A stretch of 63,755 nt of DNA, counting the filler, from Chrysochromulina tobinii (lineage: Eukaryota), in NCBI GenBank assembly GCA_001275005.1. It is 5 parts of 5 records of this genome, joined end to end, with 100 filler letters (N's around TTAATTAATTAA, not from the genome) between each part and the next. Parts side by side here need not be neighbours in the genome. Positions count along the whole stretch, not along the records: positions 57,855 to 63,755 come from JWZX01000213.1; 4 more parts are not named here. The stretch is one strand, 5' to 3'. A model generated the notes under the pieces. That model searched no databases and had not been told where the DNA came from. It saw only the letters and a program-made list of their open reading frames with translations. Position numbers and translations under genes: made by a program. Of this stretch, positions 63,501-63,755 are shown piece after piece (within the stretch, counting starts at the first letter, position 1; every line of letters starts with the position of its first letter).

Positions 63501-63755
63501 GAAGGAAGACGAGGTGGTTACCGTTGCTGGTGATCCCGCTCACTGTGATGGTGGTCATTGTGCTGTGCACGATCATGTGGGGCGTCAGGGTCACGCTCGG
63601 AGGGGCGGGTGGGGGCGAGGGCGGCGGGGGGGAGGGCGGGGGGGCGACGGGTGGCGGCGGCGGAGGGAGGGGGTGGCGAGTGGGAGGCGACGAAGGAGGA
63701 GGAGGCGAGGGCGGCGGTGAGTGGGGGAGCGGAGACGGTGGCGGTGGCGAGGGTG
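60541..63755 (-). CDS. Receptor-like protein: Pro-rich ectodomain, TM, TIR-like domain, TKL kinase (5'-partial)
   Basis: Frame is open to the window end. TM GIIVGVVVGVIIAVILALAF; TIR AVISYA...FYESAPCLKEL...IPVIPIV; kinase LGAGSFGEV, CAIK, HRDLKPGN, VADFG, GTPPYMAPE, DVWSFG. Confidence 0.88.
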   Translation of the reverse strand, partial: PSPPPPSPLPHSPPPSPPPPSSPPTRHPLPPPPPPVAPPPSPPPPSPPPAPPSVTLTPHMIVHSTMTTITVSGITSNGNHLVFLPAGSRTCAGAAFARATQLGGTISNGAISVQLSTTGLYKTCLSTLANPALDEHFEYLSATQLFVMNGSPLPPSPSPPSPSPPPPPSPPPPSPSPPPPPSPPPPSPSPPPPPSPPPPSPPTSLPPPPPPSPPPPSPSPPPPPSPLPSPPPSPPAMSVVGFTLELDGDVSSFTLSVQAQMQRAVAARAGVGLSEVELTISPGSVIVVVSIQTTTATAASVQSTMASATSSPSSATAMLANITGVSIAVLAVTPPTIADVPPPPPPSPSPPPPMSPMSAGAVETSGSIGIIVGVVVGVIIAVILALAFMRRAKGGQVTKAARRAKAQKAETERDDMLTKFCAEAFMVPPIITEEMAQKRKSYVRSLVPRGTAFDRYYPEAVISYATGRREQDCQGAGPGMYYAAGFISFLDQCGVQCFSGLHVPPGTDWKVFMLRLKGRHAKAKVLIVLKTKSFYESAPCLKELSCAIDQKIPVIPIVLEENLPGPKQQWSKLTDQDSEVMIAKVQEHLGKINDIPSPGTLRTVPITLDEILEEINKHVTTKAQELTTLATQNFAAKRGGWSRMIPISSKRSQPLRSKPPRSPPPKGSGTEMSSIVGSSMHVVVSWKDLALKESLGAGSFGEVRAATVWNSTPCAIKSLRAATTPAALQELLNEFELTMRLHHPNVLLTMGIAHDGNNGKTGILMELMPSSLLDVLHHHRQRDQLATWEASLVLIAFDVAKGMTYLHAMDVVHRDLKPGNVLLTEHWVAKVADFGTALTKYAGQAEGPAGTPPYMAPEAIALTSGAKAKPTDVWSFGCLLTHMGTRSIPYSHVQLPPKDTAHALMAIIVRGQATPLDQLRNAAGCPPGILALATRCLQTDPVQRPTFPSIVDELQRIKGSVRASRPSAQLRRADAIGQAGATAAPTLISATYCAPTDTSATHCASTHTLATSIAPTYRSATLPEGWNSRSEPGIGAPVVMPHLGEDLVGSMLQEADIANFFAEFEAELDA

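Overview
This window is GC-rich, intron-poor eukaryotic DNA, most consistent with a haptophyte (prymnesiophyte) alga. The supporting signs are bipartite plastid-targeting presequences, short spliceosomal introns (one filled by a 10-bp minisatellite) and many PPSPPP Pro-rich surface proteins. It is five unrelated contigs (1-23956, 24057-38024, 38125-49108, 49209-57754, 57855-63755) joined by artificial N-TTAATTAATTAA-N spacers, so adjacency across spacers means nothing. Housekeeping-type genes include a RanBP2-ZnF protein, a NEK-RCC1 kinase, a cyanobacterial DprA-like plastid protein, a MATH-domain multidomain protein, an MGAT4-like glycosyltransferase, a C-factor-like SDR, a 3024-aa ARM/Ala-Glu-Lys/IQ protein, a CTL choline transporter and a C2HC-ZnF protein. 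Highlights: (1) a tyrosine-recombinase (DIRS-order, split-direct-repeat type) retrotransposon whose RT-RNase H ORF carries an N-terminal phage-like DNA cytosine-methyltransferase domain; (2) a receptor-like gene with Pro-rich ectodomain-TM-TIR-TKL kinase, followed in frame by a second TIR; (3) a SelW/Rdx-like reading frame missed by the ORF track, with a UGA-x-x-UGA (UxxU) motif; (4) a RING/RecQ-like divergent gene pair, a MITE and an array of ~14 ATCGTCTCACAAACG motifs. All domain calls come from reading motifs by eye; no database searches were run.
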